Assembly: GCA_036677365.1 (NCBI GenBank)
Contig: JAVBWN010000012.1
Span: 1 to 64,000, forward strand
DNA length: 64,000 nucleotides
Source of the DNA: Acholeplasma sp.
GTDB taxonomy: Bacteria > Bacillota_I > Bacilli_A > Acholeplasmatales > UBA5453
Direction: 5' to 3'
Numbering within the stretch: the first letter of the stretch is position 1; every line of letters begins with the position of its first letter. Positions 38,100-48,828 of the stretch are shown one piece after another. Position numbers and translations under genes: made by a program. The notes under the pieces are model-generated. The model saw only the letters and a list, made by a program, of their open reading frames with translations, had not been told where the DNA came from and searched no databases.

Positions 38100-40814
38100 A
38101 TGTTTAAAAAGAGATGGCTCATGGTTTTAATCCTTACATTGCTTTTACTTTCAGGGTGTAAACCCAAATCCAACATACCAGAGGATGAGGATGAAGTCTT
38201 ACCAAAGTCAATCGAATCGATTAACGGCTTAGAAGACATCACCATCACTCAAAATCAATACTTTCACCCACTACAAGGGGTAGAAGTGCTCAATGAACAA
38301 GACGAAAACATTTCGTATTTGTTTGAAGTGACTGGCCATGTGAACTATGGTAAACTCGGTGAACAAACCTTGTCTTATAAGCTTAATTATGGCGATGAAT
38401 CGATCGATAAAACCCGTAAAGTCACTGTGGTTGCGGGAACGATCACAAGACCAAGTGTCAGTAGAAATCAGTTATCACAACCTCAAGTGAATTTAGAAGC
38501 GGGTTCATATAGAGTGGGTACCGCTGCTGAACTCACCCACCCAGTCAATCCTCAATTCATTAACCCAGAACTGTTAAACCAAGCTGTACCTTCTAATGGT
38601 TGGTGGACATCTTTACTCGTTCAAAACTATGGCGGCAGTAATGGGATTTATACGAATCCTCTCAGAAGTTCTTTTTCGAATTTAGGGGCAGAAATCACGA
38701 ACCCGGGTGCTGGTTTTGTTCAATACTGGAACCCAGGTGGATTCAACACCATGGCGAATTTCTCCTTGGTATTACCAGACATGTATTTAAAGACATCCTC
38801 ACTCAATGAAGGGTATCAAACCTATGTGGTGGATTACTCACAATCCTCTGTCAGTGTCGCGATGCGCAATGTCTCACAACCACAAGACCATATGGTACTG
38901 ACCTATAATCAAGGTTCTCCTTATGTATTCGCGGAAGTGATGAATAACAGTAACCCTTATATCAATGTCGTTCCAGCAGGGGCGTCAGGGATTGAATTCT
39001 ATAACCTCGATGGACAAGCAGTGACTGGCACACACCATGGGGATGCATTGATTGTAAAATATGCTCAAAAGCACATTGGCTATCAAACCAGTCGTCCAGC
39101 CCAAGTGGGACAACCCATCTTTGGTGATCGTTTCTTCTTAATCTCCACCACCGAAGGCAGTAGTTTTTCAATCACCAACAACCGAATCAATTTAAGCTTA
39201 AGTGATAACTATTTCACAGTCGCTGCGATACAAAGTCTATCCGAAGCACAGTTTTATCATGACCACGCCTTTGTTAAATCGATTAAAGGTGAAGTCACGT
39301 ATGAAGTGAATCATAAGACTTCCGTGGTTGAAACGACGTATCATAACGCGGTTCAGTATATTCAAGACGATTCAGACAAGTCCGTTCAATTCTTATTACC
39401 ACACCACTATTTAAACAGCGATGTGGAAATACTCGATTATGAGTTTGAAACGGTTCGTGGTAAACTCAAACTCATTGAAGGCAATACCTTTAAAACACAG
39501 TTATCCTTTTATGGTTTATTACCAGCGATGACCAAACCAACCAATGGTGAATTCAGTAAAGATACCATGAACGATTATTTGGCTGATTTAAGCCAAAGAA
39601 CACTGGTCTCTGATAAAGATAACTTCTTAAATGATGAAGGCCCGTATTGGAACAGTAAAGCCATTTATCCACTGGCTCAAGGGATCATCATTGCCGACCA
39701 AATCGGCAATGATTCGATGAAAGACGATTTAATCTTAAGATTACGATATGTCTTATCCGATTGGTATACCTACTCAGGGTCTACAGATAAACGTTATTTA
39801 AACTACAACGAGCGTTGGGGCAGTGTGTATTATTCTAATAATGACTTTAATACCGCGAGTGAATTATCAGACCACGCGTTCACGCATGGCTATCTGATTT
39901 ACGCGTCTGCGGTATTAGCGATGTATGATCAATCCTTCGTTACCGACTTTGGTGGTGTGGTGGACACACTGCTTGCTGATTATATGACACCGACCAAAGG
40001 CGATTATCATTATGCCTATTTAAGATCCTTTGACACTTGGGCAGGTCATACATGGGCTCATGGGTTCGGGACCTTCGCAGAAGGGAACAACATCGAATCC
40101 TCGAGTGAAGCGATTCAATCTTGGGTCGGTGGTTATTTATGGGCTTTACAAAAAGGCGATAAAGAACTTAGAGACGCTGCAATCTACGGTTTTGTGCATG
40201 AGTTATCGAGTGCGAAAACCTATATGTTTGATTATGAAGGCGTCGTCTTTAAAGACAACTATAAACAATACGCCGCAGTCGCTGGTATGATCTGGGGCGG
40301 TAAGTACGATTACGCTACTTGGTTTGGTGCGAACCCAACCTTTATATACGGGATTCAGTGGTTGCCAAACGGTGAGTATATTTCAAACTATGCTGTAACA
40401 CCAGAAGAAAAGACCAAACTCAATACGATTTATCAAACGTATATGTCCGCTAAAAATAATACTTTAGATACTTGGTTCGCCAACATGTGGAGCATTCAAG
40501 CGTTGATCAATCCATCACTCGCCATTTCACAATTTGACGCCAATAAGATACTCAATGACGATTATCCAAGTGATCTATCTCAAACCTATTATTTAATCCA
40601 TGGGCTACAAACCTATGGTACGAGAAGTAGTGATTACATCATGGAAATCCATAAGCGTGTATCCTCATCCATCTATACCAAGGATGGCAGTGTATATGCC
40701 TTAGTATGGAACCCATCGGATAGTACTCAAACCATTGTATTCCATGGACCGAATGATTCGAGTATCACCAAAACGGTTAAAGCCAATACATTTGTTTCCA
40801 TTAAGCTAAAATAG
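38100..40814 (+). CDS. GH81 endo-beta-1,3-glucanase lipoprotein
   Basis: Lipobox LSGC; Ig-like domain; PSNGWW, DHAFTHGY, GHTWAHG, NIESSSEA, GIQWLP. Confidence 0.85.
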   Translation: MFKKRWLMVLILTLLLLSGCKPKSNIPEDEDEVLPKSIESINGLEDITITQNQYFHPLQGVEVLNEQDENISYLFEVTGHVNYGKLGEQTLSYKLNYGDESIDKTRKVTVVAGTITRPSVSRNQLSQPQVNLEAGSYRVGTAAELTHPVNPQFINPELLNQAVPSNGWWTSLLVQNYGGSNGIYTNPLRSSFSNLGAEITNPGAGFVQYWNPGGFNTMANFSLVLPDMYLKTSSLNEGYQTYVVDYSQSSVSVAMRNVSQPQDHMVLTYNQGSPYVFAEVMNNSNPYINVVPAGASGIEFYNLDGQAVTGTHHGDALIVKYAQKHIGYQTSRPAQVGQPIFGDRFFLISTTEGSSFSITNNRINLSLSDNYFTVAAIQSLSEAQFYHDHAFVKSIKGEVTYEVNHKTSVVETTYHNAVQYIQDDSDKSVQFLLPHHYLNSDVEILDYEFETVRGKLKLIEGNTFKTQLSFYGLLPAMTKPTNGEFSKDTMNDYLADLSQRTLVSDKDNFLNDEGPYWNSKAIYPLAQGIIIADQIGNDSMKDDLILRLRYVLSDWYTYSGSTDKRYLNYNERWGSVYYSNNDFNTASELSDHAFTHGYLIYASAVLAMYDQSFVTDFGGVVDTLLADYMTPTKGDYHYAYLRSFDTWAGHTWAHGFGTFAEGNNIESSSEAIQSWVGGYLWALQKGDKELRDAAIYGFVHELSSAKTYMFDYEGVVFKDNYKQYAAVAGMIWGGKYDYATWFGANPTFIYGIQWLPNGEYISNYAVTPEEKTKLNTIYQTYMSAKNNTLDTWFANMWSIQALINPSLAISQFDANKILNDDYPSDLSQTYYLIHGLQTYGTRSSDYIMEIHKRVSSSIYTKDGSVYALVWNPSDSTQTIVFHGPNDSSITKTVKANTFVSIKLK

Positions 40815-40847
40815 TATTACAATAGCATTAAAGAGGTAACCATTCAA

Positions 40848-41474
40848 ATGACATCGAACAAATTCAAAAGCATCGCGCTTTATGCTGGTATTTTAGGTTT
40901 TATGGCTTATGTGCTACACGATATCTTAGGAAGTATACTATACGATGGCTATAACCCTTTATCTCAAGCGGTGAGTGATTTAAGTGCTCTGGATTCTCCT
41001 GTGAGATTCATCACCATCCCCTTATCCATGTTGTATGGGTTATGTAGCGTCATAGTGATGCTCACGGTGGTTTATATATTACACAAACACCCATCTAAAA
41101 CATTGAAACAAGCGATATTTAGTTTCTTAGGGATGCACCTCATATCGTTTGTTGGGTATGGTTTGTTTCCGTTATCCGAATCAGGACAACCAACTACCTT
41201 CACAGACATCATGCACATCTACGTAGTTACGATACCTGTTGTATTGTTGTCCATCTATGCTTTGGTTTGTTTCATCCTTTTTGGACATAAAAACAAAACA
41301 CATACTGAGTTGAAGTATGTATCTGCATTTTTCCTATGGATGATGTTTCTTGGTGCGATGTTATCGAATCTAGTACACCCGAGTATATTTGGTGTATTTG
41401 AACGATTCAGTACTTACAGTGCTGTGCTATTCACAGCGTATTTAGGCATCTACGTGAAACACAAAATGATATAA
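40848..41474 (+). CDS. DUF998-like membrane protein
   Basis: GYNPLSQAVSDLSA, MH, GVFERF. Confidence 0.75.
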   Translation: MTSNKFKSIALYAGILGFMAYVLHDILGSILYDGYNPLSQAVSDLSALDSPVRFITIPLSMLYGLCSVIVMLTVVYILHKHPSKTLKQAIFSFLGMHLISFVGYGLFPLSESGQPTTFTDIMHIYVVTIPVVLLSIYALVCFILFGHKNKTHTELKYVSAFFLWMMFLGAMLSNLVHPSIFGVFERFSTYSAVLFTAYLGIYVKHKMI

Positions 41475-41490
41475 ACAACTTAATCCTTTT

Positions 41491-41526
41491 GACACCTACA
41501 AGTGGACCCTTGCAGGTGTTTTATTT
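41491..41526 (+). terminator. Intrinsic terminator
   Basis: GACACCTACAAG...CTTGCAGGTGTT plus T run. Confidence 0.7.
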
Positions 41527-41714
41527 CGTCCTAAAGCCATTTCGAGTTTTGATTAACTTAGTCTCATAAGTATTTGTAAACATTATCAAACCATTCAACC
41601 AAAGTACTGGTAAAAAAAATCTAAAAATTAATCTATTGTTTTTTTCTAATGGTGTTATAATGATTGTGTAACTTATCGCATGGTTTGAATCATTTTTTTA
41701 GGAGGATTCAACAG

Positions 41715-42410
41715 ATGAAGAAATGGATGATGTTGATAATACTATTCGGTATGATGACGCTTTCTGGTTGTATCCGAAGTGATTTTTCAAAATCAAAAAA
41801 ATACTTCGTTCATGTCTACTATTATGAAGACGTGATGTCTAGACCTTACACAGTGTATGAGAACGAAACGCTAGAAGAAGCGTTAAGAATCCCTAACAAA
41901 CCATTTCATCGATTCTTATATTGGGAAACACCAGCAGGAGAAAAATATTACCCAGAAGATACCATCCATCAAAATCTATTCTTGACACCAATTTATGAAG
42001 AAATTCTTCATTTAGTGACATTTGAAACCAATGGTGGTACACCCATAGAACAAGTATGGGCCAGGGAAGGTACTTTTTATGAACCCCCTACACCTACCAA
42101 AGAAGACTACGTGTTTTACCGCTGGTGTACAGATATACACTTAAACCATGCATATCAGCCTTATGAACCATTAAAGTCATCTGTGACTCTATATGCTCAT
42201 TGGGTTAGACGTAATTACATCATCACTTTCTATTTTTCTGAAATAGTGTATTATGTATATTCAGCAAATTCAACTCAACCTTTTCCAATCATAGATACAA
42301 GCCGTTATAATAATTTCTCTTATTGGTATGAAAAAGATCCAAATGTACCATTTGTCATCCCAGAAACCATGATTAAAAGAGACATTGTTTTGTATGCGAA
42401 ATATAATTAA
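41715..42410 (+). CDS. InlB B-repeat lipoprotein
   Basis: LSGC; TFETNGG...PTKEDYVF..W...TLYAHW; GGAGG RBS. Confidence 0.82.
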   Translation: MKKWMMLIILFGMMTLSGCIRSDFSKSKKYFVHVYYYEDVMSRPYTVYENETLEEALRIPNKPFHRFLYWETPAGEKYYPEDTIHQNLFLTPIYEEILHLVTFETNGGTPIEQVWAREGTFYEPPTPTKEDYVFYRWCTDIHLNHAYQPYEPLKSSVTLYAHWVRRNYIITFYFSEIVYYVYSANSTQPFPIIDTSRYNNFSYWYEKDPNVPFVIPETMIKRDIVLYAKYN

Positions 42411-42433
42411 TAACAAAGAAAGAAGGTAATAAA

Positions 42434-42961
42434 ATGAAAAAAGTGTTTGTTCTATTTGTTTTACTCAATTTGGGATTTCTATTGATGGGTTGTCAAACCA
42501 ATGTAGACAATGAACCAGATCCTTCTGAAATGGTCAAAATATCAATTTTTTTACCAAACGATCAATATAAGGCTTCATTATCTTATCAAGTACCTAAAGA
42601 TGTTCGTTTCCTACCACTGATACCAACCACTGAAATCGAAGGCTACACTTTTGTTGGCTATGAAGATTACCGAGGTTATCCAATCACAGAATACACTACC
42701 TCAAGTGATACGATGGCCATTTACGCGATTTATACGGTCAATGAACATACCTTATACTTTCATGTGAATGGTGGTGTAGAGATATCACCAATGACTTTTA
42801 AATACAGTGAAACCATTGAAACCAATGATTTTATTCCAACCAAAGAAAACCACACGTTTCTAGGGTGGTTTAAAGATGAGACACTGACTCAACCAATCGG
42901 TATATTCTTCGCAGAAGACAAGGATGTCCACATCTATGCGAAGTGGACATTAAACGAGTAA
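42434..42961 (+). CDS. InlB B-repeat lipoprotein
   Basis: LMGC; FHVNGG...PTKENHTFLGWF...IYAKW. Confidence 0.82.
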   Translation: MKKVFVLFVLLNLGFLLMGCQTNVDNEPDPSEMVKISIFLPNDQYKASLSYQVPKDVRFLPLIPTTEIEGYTFVGYEDYRGYPITEYTTSSDTMAIYAIYTVNEHTLYFHVNGGVEISPMTFKYSETIETNDFIPTKENHTFLGWFKDETLTQPIGIFFAEDKDVHIYAKWTLNE

Positions 42962-42989
42962 AAATCAGACATCGAAAGAAGGCAAGATA

Positions 42990-44678
42990 ATGAAGCAGTT
43001 TACTTGGATTATATTTCTCTTATTAAGCATCACTTTGGGCGGTTGTGTTGAAACAAACATCACGAATGGCCCTACCCAAGACCCTTACAAATACACCTAT
43101 GATTTGACAATAAACAATTTTACCGACCACATGGATTTTAGTCATCGTCAAGTGGCTATTGAAGGTGGTAATAAAAAACAAGAAGTATTGTTTGAAATGA
43201 AATACCCAGATGGTATCCTCATGGATGTTCAAGTAAAAGTACTTTTACAAACCCAAGTGCTCACCTTAGGCAATACGATTTATAGTGATGAATTCTCTTA
43301 TAATTTCACCAAAAAAACATCATCTACAGGGTATTTAACCTACCCAGCGATGAGGGATTTGTTCTTAATCACGATCACAGAAATATCTGGTAAAGTCTTG
43401 ACGAATGATGAAACCATTGAGAATGCGAAACAAGCCGCTATACATGCGAAACAAGGGTTAGATCAAATGCTTGAAAAATTCCTTCAACCATTTAACACCC
43501 TATCCACAGAAAGTTATATCCACATGACTGTAAATGGCGAAACCACGACCAGTTTTGTCAAACAAGCTTTCCGTAATGACCCCTATTATAACGAGACGAT
43601 ATATTCCGATAACCGTGGTGTTTTAATGAAAGAAAACAGTGATGGTAACATAGATGTGTTTTCAATCCAAGAATATCAGCTCAAAACTTATATTGAAAAA
43701 GAATTAATCATTCTTAGTGAAGACATCGATAAAGTGAGCAACGATGAGATGTTTGAATTAAAGGATTCATGGACTTATCGTGTTGAAAATGGGGATTACT
43801 TGGTCAGTGGATCGAGTAAAGAGCTATTTAATGTCCTATTTACCGATGATGAAACCATAAGACAATGGAATAACACCATCCGTAATAAAACAATCGAAAT
43901 CGTGTTTGCTGATCTAGGTACGAGGTTGCTTGTATCGGTAGAGTTGATGGTAGGGTTAAGTCAAGTCAAGATTGAAACGTATTATACCTTTAATTCATTG
44001 AATGCGTTGGATTTATCTCAAGTGATTGAACTACCTCCAAAACACCCCGATTTGGCTTATCAAGTCACGGATTTGAGTCAAACAAAAGAAGGCTTTATGT
44101 TACCCAATGTAAGTTATTTTTATCAAATAGAAGTGACAGGAGGGACGTATGTCTTTGATGTATCATACCCAGTCAATGTAGAACTCTTAGATGAGTTTAG
44201 AAATCCAATTGAACCAGAAGCATGGGTAACATTCGATCACCTGTTAGGTTCGTTAGACCGTAAGTATTCATTAGAAGCTGGGATTTATTACGTTAAGATG
44301 AATCACAATCGTGACTCGATGATTAATTTTTCCATTACCATGCATCATCTTGAGGATTTATATGATACCATCGGCTCACCAAATGATGACATTTTACTCG
44401 TCGATTGGTTTGAACTGAGTATTGAAGGTGAATACGATGAGGTATATGTATACTATGAATCATTTGAAGAAGGTTATATCGTATTGACTCATACAAACCA
44501 AACACCATTAAACCTCATGTATGTGTACAATGATTCGCTATTAAATAACCAGTTTGCATATACAACCAATGGTGAATTACGTATTCAAGTGGTTGTAGGC
44601 ATTAATTTATTAAGATTCAACGCACCAGAGGCTTTAAATGCCGCCCTCAGTGTGACATTCGTAAAATTGATTGACTAA
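42990..44678 (+). CDS. Hypothetical lipoprotein, distant paralogue of 33209-34822
   Basis: LGGC; shared ordered motifs AG(I)YY, Y(E/D)TxG, IExEYD. Confidence 0.75.
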   Translation: MKQFTWIIFLLLSITLGGCVETNITNGPTQDPYKYTYDLTINNFTDHMDFSHRQVAIEGGNKKQEVLFEMKYPDGILMDVQVKVLLQTQVLTLGNTIYSDEFSYNFTKKTSSTGYLTYPAMRDLFLITITEISGKVLTNDETIENAKQAAIHAKQGLDQMLEKFLQPFNTLSTESYIHMTVNGETTTSFVKQAFRNDPYYNETIYSDNRGVLMKENSDGNIDVFSIQEYQLKTYIEKELIILSEDIDKVSNDEMFELKDSWTYRVENGDYLVSGSSKELFNVLFTDDETIRQWNNTIRNKTIEIVFADLGTRLLVSVELMVGLSQVKIETYYTFNSLNALDLSQVIELPPKHPDLAYQVTDLSQTKEGFMLPNVSYFYQIEVTGGTYVFDVSYPVNVELLDEFRNPIEPEAWVTFDHLLGSLDRKYSLEAGIYYVKMNHNRDSMINFSITMHHLEDLYDTIGSPNDDILLVDWFELSIEGEYDEVYVYYESFEEGYIVLTHTNQTPLNLMYVYNDSLLNNQFAYTTNGELRIQVVVGINLLRFNAPEALNAALSVTFVKLID

Positions 44679-44702
44679 TAATGAGAGATAAGAGGTATAG
44701 CA

Positions 44703-45386
44703 ATGAAGAAACTAGCAATATTAATACTGGTATTTGTGCTGATGGGTTGTCAATCGAAACCTAAAGAAGAAAACATTCAAGTACATTTCATAAATGAGAT
44801 TGTACCTTTTTCAACAACATCGATTGACATCATTAAAGGAAAATCCATAGGTGATCAATGGTTTGAACCTGAAATGCCTGGATATACATTCATCGAATGG
44901 AAAACACTTGAAAATGAATCTGTGACTGAACAAACTATATTCAGTAAAAATACATGGTTGTATCCAGTTTATAATGAAAATATGTATCTTGTAACATTCA
45001 ATACCAATGGTGGTGAACCCATTGAACCCGCCATGTTGAGTTTTTCAAATTTTGATCAGGCACAGTTTGTTACAAGTCAACCGTGGCATGCTTTTGTGGG
45101 TTGGTATTACGATGCTGCCTTTACCAGAAGTGTAGATCCATCAACTAAGTTGGTAGAAGACATCACTGTGTATGGGAAATGGGAACCTAAATCCTACAAG
45201 TTAACCTACCATTTGACAGGTACAACCGTGATTGAAGTGTATTTTAATGCAGGTGATAAAGTTGTCCCATATGTCCTAACTTATCCAGAAAACTTTATAG
45301 GATGGTCAGAACTTTCTAAGAATACACTATTTAATTTTAACAGTATGCCCAGTAGGCACGTTGATGTTTATATCAAGACATCCTAA
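44703..45386 (+). CDS. InlB B-repeat lipoprotein
   Basis: LMGC; TFNTNGG...FVGWY...DITVYGKW. Confidence 0.82.
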   Translation: MKKLAILILVFVLMGCQSKPKEENIQVHFINEIVPFSTTSIDIIKGKSIGDQWFEPEMPGYTFIEWKTLENESVTEQTIFSKNTWLYPVYNENMYLVTFNTNGGEPIEPAMLSFSNFDQAQFVTSQPWHAFVGWYYDAAFTRSVDPSTKLVEDITVYGKWEPKSYKLTYHLTGTTVIEVYFNAGDKVVPYVLTYPENFIGWSELSKNTLFNFNSMPSRHVDVYIKTS

Positions 45387-45651
45387 GTACAATCAATGAC
45401 GTTTAAAAGGTCAGTCGTTTTTCGACTGACCTTACCATGTAATGATTAAAATATTATTCTTTCGGTAGTATAATTATTTTTTTCTAATGGACAAAAGATG
45501 CAAATTATTCGTTTTATTATATGTATGGGATTATTAATGAAAAAGCTTATTACATGGATGAGGATACAGAATAATCATAACTCAATTGTTTGTGATAATG
45601 ATTTGGATGATTAATAGTTAACAATTAACTCAATCACAATGGAGGAATACC

Positions 45652-48084
45652 ATGTTAATTTTAAAAAACATTTCAAAAACATATGAGTCAAGAAAGGGCG
45701 TTTTCGTCAATGCACTTAAAGAAACAACCCTTCATTTTTCCAATAAAGGGATGGTTTTTATTCTTGGAAAAAGCGGATCAGGAAAAACGACCCTTTTAAA
45801 TCTCATTGGAGGATTAGATAAGCCAAGTCATGGTGATATTCTTATTCATGGACATTCCATTGGTAACATACCACTCACTTTTGATGTGTATCGAAATGAA
45901 TATATCGGATTCATTTTTCAAGAGTTCAATTTACTTGAAACTGAAACTGTTTATAAAAACATGGAGTTTCCCTTATTGTTACAAAAACAAAATAATAATT
46001 CACAAAAAATAAAAGAGGTTTTAAAGTACGTTGATTTGGAAGGTCATGAAAATAGATTTCCAAGTGAGTTATCTGGTGGACAAAAACAAAGAATTGCGAT
46101 TGGTAGAGCATTGATTAAACAATCATCCATTCTTTTAGCTGATGAGCCTACAGGTAACTTAGATAGCGAAACAGCTGAATCTATCATGAATCTACTCAAA
46201 GATATATCTAAGAAACAATTAGTCATTGTGGTTACGCATGACCGTGAATATGCGAATACGTATGCCGATAGAATCATCGAAATAAAAGATGGCATTGTTA
46301 TTTTAGACTCCAAACCTGAAAAAAACAACATTTCAGAAACCATTTTGACATTTAAATCGTTAACTTTTCCTACAGTATATGCGTTCAAAATGGGATTTCA
46401 CAATTTGCTAAAGAAAAAAGCAAAGACGTTTATCAATCTCATCATTTCCACACTCAGTATATTTTTAATTGCTTTTTCCCAAATCTTGTTGATGTATTCC
46501 CCTGAGGATGCATTAGCTCAAACATTGAGTGATAACAATGTTGAACGCATCCAATTGTTTCAAAACAGGTTTGATTCTTATGTTGTACCTTCATCTATGG
46601 AACTACCTTTGAACCCGTCTATTTATAATGGAAGCTTAGAAGATTATAATTACATTCAAGTCGTTAATGGGTATTACATCATTACCAGTGCAGAAGATGT
46701 TCTTAGTTTAGGTTTTATGTTTCATGATTATCAAGAAATTACTGACGAATCCAGATATGTTACAGACTATTTTATTGACATGATGATAGGCAACTTAGAA
46801 ATATCTAATGATGGTATCAACTTTGATACCTATTCAACAAGTCAAGTTGATTACAGTGATTTTGTAGGTAAATACATTAGGAATTCTTTTAGTCCACAAA
46901 CTGTGTATTTGATTGCAGGCATCATTAAAACAGACTATCTAACCTATATGAACGTTGATTTCACATTTAAAAGTGTTGCACCGATAGACTACTTTGAACC
47001 TAAAGTTTTCTTTGCTTACCAACGCTATAATCAATCTTTTTACGAGGCCATTTACATAACGGAAAATCAATTGCGGAAGATAGATCATTCGATACGACTT
47101 CAAGCTGAAAGAAATCAAACAACTATTATAAGCGATAAAACGTTCATCATTCAAGGCTTTGATGTGGTGGATATTGTACAATTAAATGCTCAAGTGATTG
47201 CTTTAGCTGGTGATAACTTGACAGTTGGTCAAGTCAATGTATTAGCCAATGAAATTTACATAACTTCAGATTTATATAATAAGCTATTTGCAGAACAGAT
47301 AAGTTTTTCAGAGTATCTTCAATATAACATGATGACAGATACCTATACAGTATTAAAATATCCAAACAACATAGGAAAACCAATACAATTAAATGTATTT
47401 GATTTGGAGTCCAAAAACTTAGTCGATAAAACATTTACGCTTAAAGGTGTAATCATGGATCCATTTGCATTTGGTTCTAGTAACTTCAGAATTTACGCCA
47501 ATGATACAGATATCGAATCCATGGTTCATGTAGATTTTGTCAATAATCTAACGATTTTGAAGTTAACTGGTTCTTTATCAAAAGATAAAGTGTTGCTAAA
47601 TGAGCTGCGAAAAAATAATAATATTGCAGTTAATCACTTCTATTCAATACCGATTTATGATAACGAGCAGTTTCAACGAAACCTGGGAACAACATTTTTA
47701 ATATTTGGAATCATATCAGGCGTTGTTACAGTGTTAGTAACTATGAATTTCATTCACTACTCTATTGTGGATCAAAAACATGAAATTGGCATTTTAAGAT
47801 CACTAGGATCTCGAGTTATTGATGTAATGAAAATATATATATTTGAAACTTTCATAGTATCTTTGATGATTTTTATGAGTACGACTTTGATTATGTACCT
47901 ACTTGTTTATTACAACAATTTGTCAATGTCGAAAATATCATATCCTAACATGACATATTTACTTGTAGAACCTATTACAATCGGTGTTGCTTTTCTAGCA
48001 TCTATTGTATTGGTTAATGTATTCACTATTTTACCAATTTCCAAAATTGGACGTTTGAAACCAATAGAGGCTATCAGAAAGTAA
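45652..48084 (+). CDS. MacB/FtsX-type ABC ATPase-permease fusion
   Basis: GKSGSGKTT, LSGGQKQR, ADEPTGNLD, VTHD; TM, large loop, 3 TM with EIGILRSLG. Confidence 0.9.
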   Translation: MLILKNISKTYESRKGVFVNALKETTLHFSNKGMVFILGKSGSGKTTLLNLIGGLDKPSHGDILIHGHSIGNIPLTFDVYRNEYIGFIFQEFNLLETETVYKNMEFPLLLQKQNNNSQKIKEVLKYVDLEGHENRFPSELSGGQKQRIAIGRALIKQSSILLADEPTGNLDSETAESIMNLLKDISKKQLVIVVTHDREYANTYADRIIEIKDGIVILDSKPEKNNISETILTFKSLTFPTVYAFKMGFHNLLKKKAKTFINLIISTLSIFLIAFSQILLMYSPEDALAQTLSDNNVERIQLFQNRFDSYVVPSSMELPLNPSIYNGSLEDYNYIQVVNGYYIITSAEDVLSLGFMFHDYQEITDESRYVTDYFIDMMIGNLEISNDGINFDTYSTSQVDYSDFVGKYIRNSFSPQTVYLIAGIIKTDYLTYMNVDFTFKSVAPIDYFEPKVFFAYQRYNQSFYEAIYITENQLRKIDHSIRLQAERNQTTIISDKTFIIQGFDVVDIVQLNAQVIALAGDNLTVGQVNVLANEIYITSDLYNKLFAEQISFSEYLQYNMMTDTYTVLKYPNNIGKPIQLNVFDLESKNLVDKTFTLKGVIMDPFAFGSSNFRIYANDTDIESMVHVDFVNNLTILKLTGSLSKDKVLLNELRKNNNIAVNHFYSIPIYDNEQFQRNLGTTFLIFGIISGVVTVLVTMNFIHYSIVDQKHEIGILRSLGSRVIDVMKIYIFETFIVSLMIFMSTTLIMYLLVYYNNLSMSKISYPNMTYLLVEPITIGVAFLASIVLVNVFTILPISKIGRLKPIEAIRK

Positions 48085-48098
48085 TTATGAGGTCATAA

Positions 48099-48800
48099 AT
48101 GAGAAAAATAATTGTATTACTCATTGTTTTACTCCTAAGTGGTTGTAATAACAACACAAGTGGAAGTAAGGAAAAAATAACCATTCATTTCAGTAATGAG
48201 TCATTAAACTTTGTTCCAAAAGATATTGAAATTTATCGTGGAGATGCCTTGGGAGAATTTTTATACAGACCCACTCTACCTGGTTATGATTTTACAGAAT
48301 GGAAAACAAATCAAGAATTATCCGTTAACGAAAATACTATTTTTACGGAAGAAACCTGGTTATTTCCTGTATTTGAAGAAAAGTCTTTTGAGATTCAGTT
48401 TGTTACAAATGGCGACACTACCATTGAACCAGTAAGTATTTTGCACACACAATCACTTATTTTGCCAGATTATACACCTGAAAAGGAAGGTTATGATTTT
48501 GTAGGTTGGTATTTTGATGTAGAGTTTACTCAAAGAGCTGATCAAGTTACGCTGTTAACTAGGGATATTACTTTATATGGGGATTGGACACCTAAAATAT
48601 ACAAACTAACATTCTATATATCAGAATCCACTCAAATCATGGTCAATTTCAAGGCAGGAGATACAGTCATTCCATATGAACCGCTTTATCCTCAAGACTT
48701 CATTGGATGGGTCGAAGCGGATTCAGATATTTTATTCGATTTTAGCAGTATGCCACAAAGAGATGTTACAGTTTATATGAAAACTGGAACAAACGAATAA
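48099..48800 (+). CDS. InlB B-repeat lipoprotein, paralogue of 44703-45386
   Basis: LSGC; collinear end-to-end similarity. Confidence 0.82.
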   Translation: MRKIIVLLIVLLLSGCNNNTSGSKEKITIHFSNESLNFVPKDIEIYRGDALGEFLYRPTLPGYDFTEWKTNQELSVNENTIFTEETWLFPVFEEKSFEIQFVTNGDTTIEPVSILHTQSLILPDYTPEKEGYDFVGWYFDVEFTQRADQVTLLTRDITLYGDWTPKIYKLTFYISESTQIMVNFKAGDTVIPYEPLYPQDFIGWVEADSDILFDFSSMPQRDVTVYMKTGTNE

Positions 48801-48828
48801 GTTCAATTTTGTAAAAAAGAAAAGACCA

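Noticed and set aside
45498..45614. 38-codon ORF (MQIIRFII...) as a peptide substrate of the ABC protein
   Set aside because: No clear RBS or leader motif; chance ORFs are likely in AT-rich spacers.
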